A stretch of 64,000 bases of DNA from an uncultured Acidobacteriota bacterium (GTDB taxonomy: Bacteria; Acidobacteriota; UBA6911). Below are positions 60,653 to 64,000 of this stretch, piece after piece. The position numbers and the translations under genes were made by a program. Position 1 is the stretch's first letter. Each line of letters starts with the position of its first letter. The DNA lies in the NCBI GenBank assembly GCA_963809485.1, contig CAWEJX010000008.1:352001-416000 (forward strand). The letters are read 5' to 3'. The notes below the pieces were generated by a model that was not told the DNA's origin, searched no databases, and was given only the letters and a program-made list of their open reading frames with translations.

Positions 60653-61478
60653 CGGTCTCCTTCCCTTCTGATGAGCTTTCTGACTCTCGGGATATTAGCG
60701 AAGTCAGGCTTGTGGGGATCTGGTTCATCAACCACATCTTCACCCACAGAGCGGAATTTGTATTCGAGTCCCTTTCACAGAATGTAAAAAAAGCCCGTCT
60801 CGCTCAGGATGGCCAAAGTATCATTCGCGAGACTAATCTGTACAATGAATGTTTGCTATCTATCCCGATTTAATTTTTAAATGGATATGGATACCAGGAT
60901 TCCATATTGCCGTCATAGGGTAGGATTGATCGATGAAAGCTGTGCCCTCTAACAAAATCAGAACTCCGGACATACTCCTATGAAAATATGTCGGCCTTTC
61001 TGCGAAACGTTCAACACCGCTTCAGGACGCACCCCGGAACGGTAGAGAGTTTTCGAGTCACGCCGCCATAGGCGCCGGTTTACCCTAATGCGAATTAGCC
61101 CGGGATTTCGCTGGCTTCCCTGGTCACTTCCAGGATGCAGCGCGTCGTGGCGGCGGGCAGACTATTCGGTTCCACCGCCACGCCGGCTCTTCTGTCCGAA
61201 TTTCGTCAGTGCCTGATTCCCATATCTGCATTCCCATGATTTCCTTCCGTCGTGAGGTCTTCGGTTGCGACCCCGGATTTTCTGGCCTTTCGCGCGGCGA
61301 GCGATTATATTCTTAACTCGTTTCTTTCGCGAAACACCCCTAATGGTGCGGACGGGCATCCAGGCTCTTCCGATGCTGCCGTGAATGCCCGTCGGATGGC
61401 TTCGGAGAGCCGTCTGCACAAGCCTGTAGACGTCCGCTCCGCGCACTTTGTTGCGATCGCAAATCGAGGGAACTGCTT

Positions 61479-62849
61479 ATGGCAGAACGGTTGAACAAAT
61501 TGATTCTGTACACCTACGGGGTCGCGGAGTTCAGCTTCAACCTGATGATCAGCATGGAGGTTTATATTTTCACGGCGTTCCTCACCGACTACGCGCAGTT
61601 CCCCCTTATCCTTGCCGGACAGATCCTGACACTCACCAGCTCCGTGGACATCGTGTGTGCCCTTGTGGGCGGCCTGATCCTTCAGAAAGTGACCCTGAAA
61701 CACTTCGGGAAATACCGCGCCTGGTTTCTGGTCGGTCCTCCCCTCGTCGCCCCGTTTTTCATCCTTCAGTTCACGAAAATCGGCGCCGATTGGACGGCGG
61801 CCGCGATTGTCATGACCGGCTTCATTGTGAGCCACCTGCTGTTCAACGTCGTGGTATCGGCCAACGGCGCAATGCTGGGACGGCTGAGCCAACGGCCGGA
61901 CGAAAGGACCATACTGTCCTCCAGCAGGGCCCAGGGCATGTCCGCGTCGGGGCTTGTCTTTTCCGCCACCGCAATGCCCATGATTCTCTTTTTCGGCGGC
62001 CTCACGAATAAAGTGGCCGGAGTCACGATAACCGCGGCGATCTATACAATCACGATGATTCTGGGCCACTGGTACATATTCAAAATCACCGCAGGCAGAG
62101 ATCCCTACGACGAAGTCTTCGTGGACGCCAACGCCAAAAAATCCAGCCAATCCGTGAAGGAAATTGTCGCTCTCGTGTTCCAAAACCATCCCCTGCTGGT
62201 TTTGATTCTGGCGCAGGTTTTCAGCAGCACCGGCTTTTTTGTCCTGACCGCCCTCGCCATCTATTTTTTCACCTATGTCGCCGGCAGGCCAACCTTCCTT
62301 TCTCTTTTTATTCTTGCCATCAGCATCGCGCGTTTGGCCGGCACGTTTGCCGCACCGTGGATCGGTATCCGTCTGGGAAAACGCAAATCCTATTGCGTGT
62401 TCCTGGCGCTGGGGGCCGTCGGATTCGCGGCCGCGTGGCTTTTCGAAGCATCCCCATGGAAATTCACGCTGATTTGTTGCGTTTCGGTCATGCTGGCTTC
62501 CGTTGCCGCCTCCATGAGCTCCGCGCTATTCGCGGACGCTGCGGTCTATGGAGAGTGGAAAACCGGCAGAAACATCCGCGCTTTCACGATGGCGCTGATG
62601 AACTTTCCGATCAAGGTGGGCGTGCTCATCCGCAGCGCGGTCGTGAGCGCAGGCCTGATGGCGATAGGGTTCGTGGCGAACGCGACTCCGACGCCGCGCG
62701 TGGTCGACGGTATCCGCTCCATGATGACGCTCACGCCCGCCGCTGGCTACGCCATTGCCGCCCTCATCTTTTATTTCGGCTACAAAATGGAGGAATCGCA
62801 CGTCCTGCGGATGCAGGATGAAATCGCCGAAAGAAAAGCCATTACCTAA
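61479..62849 (+). CDS. MFS transporter, glycoside-pentoside-hexuronide (MelB-like) family
   Basis: FGKYRAW, ER..LSSSR, N.PL, LGKR, AD...YGEWKTG. Confidence 0.88.
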   Translation: MAERLNKLILYTYGVAEFSFNLMISMEVYIFTAFLTDYAQFPLILAGQILTLTSSVDIVCALVGGLILQKVTLKHFGKYRAWFLVGPPLVAPFFILQFTKIGADWTAAAIVMTGFIVSHLLFNVVVSANGAMLGRLSQRPDERTILSSSRAQGMSASGLVFSATAMPMILFFGGLTNKVAGVTITAAIYTITMILGHWYIFKITAGRDPYDEVFVDANAKKSSQSVKEIVALVFQNHPLLVLILAQVFSSTGFFVLTALAIYFFTYVAGRPTFLSLFILAISIARLAGTFAAPWIGIRLGKRKSYCVFLALGAVGFAAAWLFEASPWKFTLICCVSVMLASVAASMSSALFADAAVYGEWKTGRNIRAFTMALMNFPIKVGVLIRSAVVSAGLMAIGFVANATPTPRVVDGIRSMMTLTPAAGYAIAALIFYFGYKMEESHVLRMQDEIAERKAIT

Positions 62850-63361
62850 AACTGCTTATTCCTGGATCCCGGCCGCGAGCTGCCGCTTTCTTTAGGGATC
62901 CTCCGGCCCAGCCCGCAGGTTTTGAGGTCGCCGGCCACTCCGAGGACGGTGATCGCACCCAGTAAGGTCTTTGCAGCATCAATGTTGCGGCCGCGAATTG
63001 CGGAATTTTGAATGGCAAAATCTGAATTCCGATTGGATAGACCGATTATTCGCGAGTTCTTTACTTTGCTGCAAGATAAATGAGGCGGTGGCGAACAACC
63101 AGCGTCGCTTCGCTCCGATGGGTGGACAACTCTAGTGGACAACTTCACCGGAATACGCAATCAGATAGATGAATTGAAGCCTGAAAACCGGAAACCTCCT
63201 ACCTCAGCTGCGGCCTAAAAGCACTTCCTTTTCTTGAAGCAACAATCTTGTGAGAATGTTCCGGTAATCTCTGCGACTATGCCGAAGATGTAGCTCGCTT
63301 ACCGGTTACGCTTAATCAAAAGTAATGTCACTCATGAATTCGTACTTAAGAACGTGCGTTG

Positions 63362-63784
63362 TCAAATCCGGAAAATCTGCCCCGTTGCTTTCCGTTTGAA
63401 ATGTACTCTCTGCTGCAACGGGAAATTGAATTTAATCGCCCCGGCACTCAGCTGAGGACACTCGTTCACACAACACCCGCAATACCAGCATTCGTCAGGA
63501 TGAAGGGTAATTGGGGGCTTTCCTTTTACGGGATTAGGTATATATACGTCCACCTGGCACACATCTACGCACGTGTTGCAGCCGATACATGCCTTTGGGT
63601 CTCGAATAACAGGTCTATTGGGCGTCGTCACATTAGGCATAACATATATCTTTTTCCCTTGAGCCCCCTTGAGAATGCCGCCGGCCCCCTCGAGAGAAAC
63701 GGCAGCGCTGGCAGCTCCAGCGACCGCACTTGCTTTGAGGAAATCTCTGCGTTTAATTGTCCGGCTTTTCTTTTGTTTCTTCAT
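63362..63784 (-). CDS. 4Fe-4S dicluster ferredoxin (AprB-like) with Tat-like leader
   Basis: KRRDFLK; CIGCNTCVDVC; ECWYCGCCVNECP; AAGGA RBS. Confidence 0.88.
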   Translation of the reverse strand: MKKQKKSRTIKRRDFLKASAVAGAASAAVSLEGAGGILKGAQGKKIYVMPNVTTPNRPVIRDPKACIGCNTCVDVCQVDVYIPNPVKGKPPITLHPDECWYCGCCVNECPQLSAGAIKFNFPLQQRVHFKRKATGQIFRI

Positions 63785-64000
63785 GTCCTTTCTCCCATTT
63801 TATCTATCTGCCGTTCTATATTTTGCTTGCGTTCACCAACATGCGAAAAACGATTGACTGTCAATGATCGAGCTCGCCGGTTCGGGTTCGCCGAGGCTAT
63901 CCCTTGTAGGTGCCGACATAACCCTTGTTATGGTCTTCGTAATTTCCCTTGAGATTGCCCCAGTAATCCAAGGGCAGTTCCCCCACCTTCAATTTGCCAT

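Noticed and set aside
63362-63784. Evidence for dissimilatory sulfate reduction (aprB)
   Set aside because: No aprA, sat or qmo nearby, and the Tat-like leader does not fit cytoplasmic AprB.

Overview
A 64 kb bacterial chromosomal segment, probably from an anaerobic Acidobacteriota member (inferred from an Oar-like TonB-dependent receptor, PD40-type kinase remnants and many Tat-exported redox proteins). I saw no rRNA, tRNA or CRISPR array. The strongest hidden signal is two paralogous, apparently secreted selenoproteins. The ORF track splits each at an in-frame UGA: 7701..9419 (+, GH-U-SLC) and 30287..31942 (-, GD-U-GTC). Each has a UxxC motif and a SECIS-like hairpin with a G-GUU-C apex about 20 nt after the UGA. 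A decayed third copy may lie at 25739..26021. The second selenoprotein follows a Tat-exported PaoABC-like molybdo-flavoenzyme operon, which diverges from a TonB-dependent receptor across a perfect 21-bp inverted repeat. A divergent cluster at 50.9-57.4 kb (SDR, cyclase, 3-hydroxyacyl-CoA-dehydrogenase-like enzyme, BKACE, CoA-transferase, cupin, IclR, 36-bp palindrome) has the enzyme families of anaerobic phloroglucinol degradation. The window also holds a NosL/ABC cluster, tandem MoaF-like genes, an acyl-CoA carboxylase operon, and an MNT-HEPN module sitting inside a decayed kinase gene. It carries two 288-bp MITE-like repeats, IS200/IS605-type end relics, group II intron RT and integrase remnants, and several frameshifted or internally deleted genes. 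All family calls come from motif recognition by eye; no database search was run.
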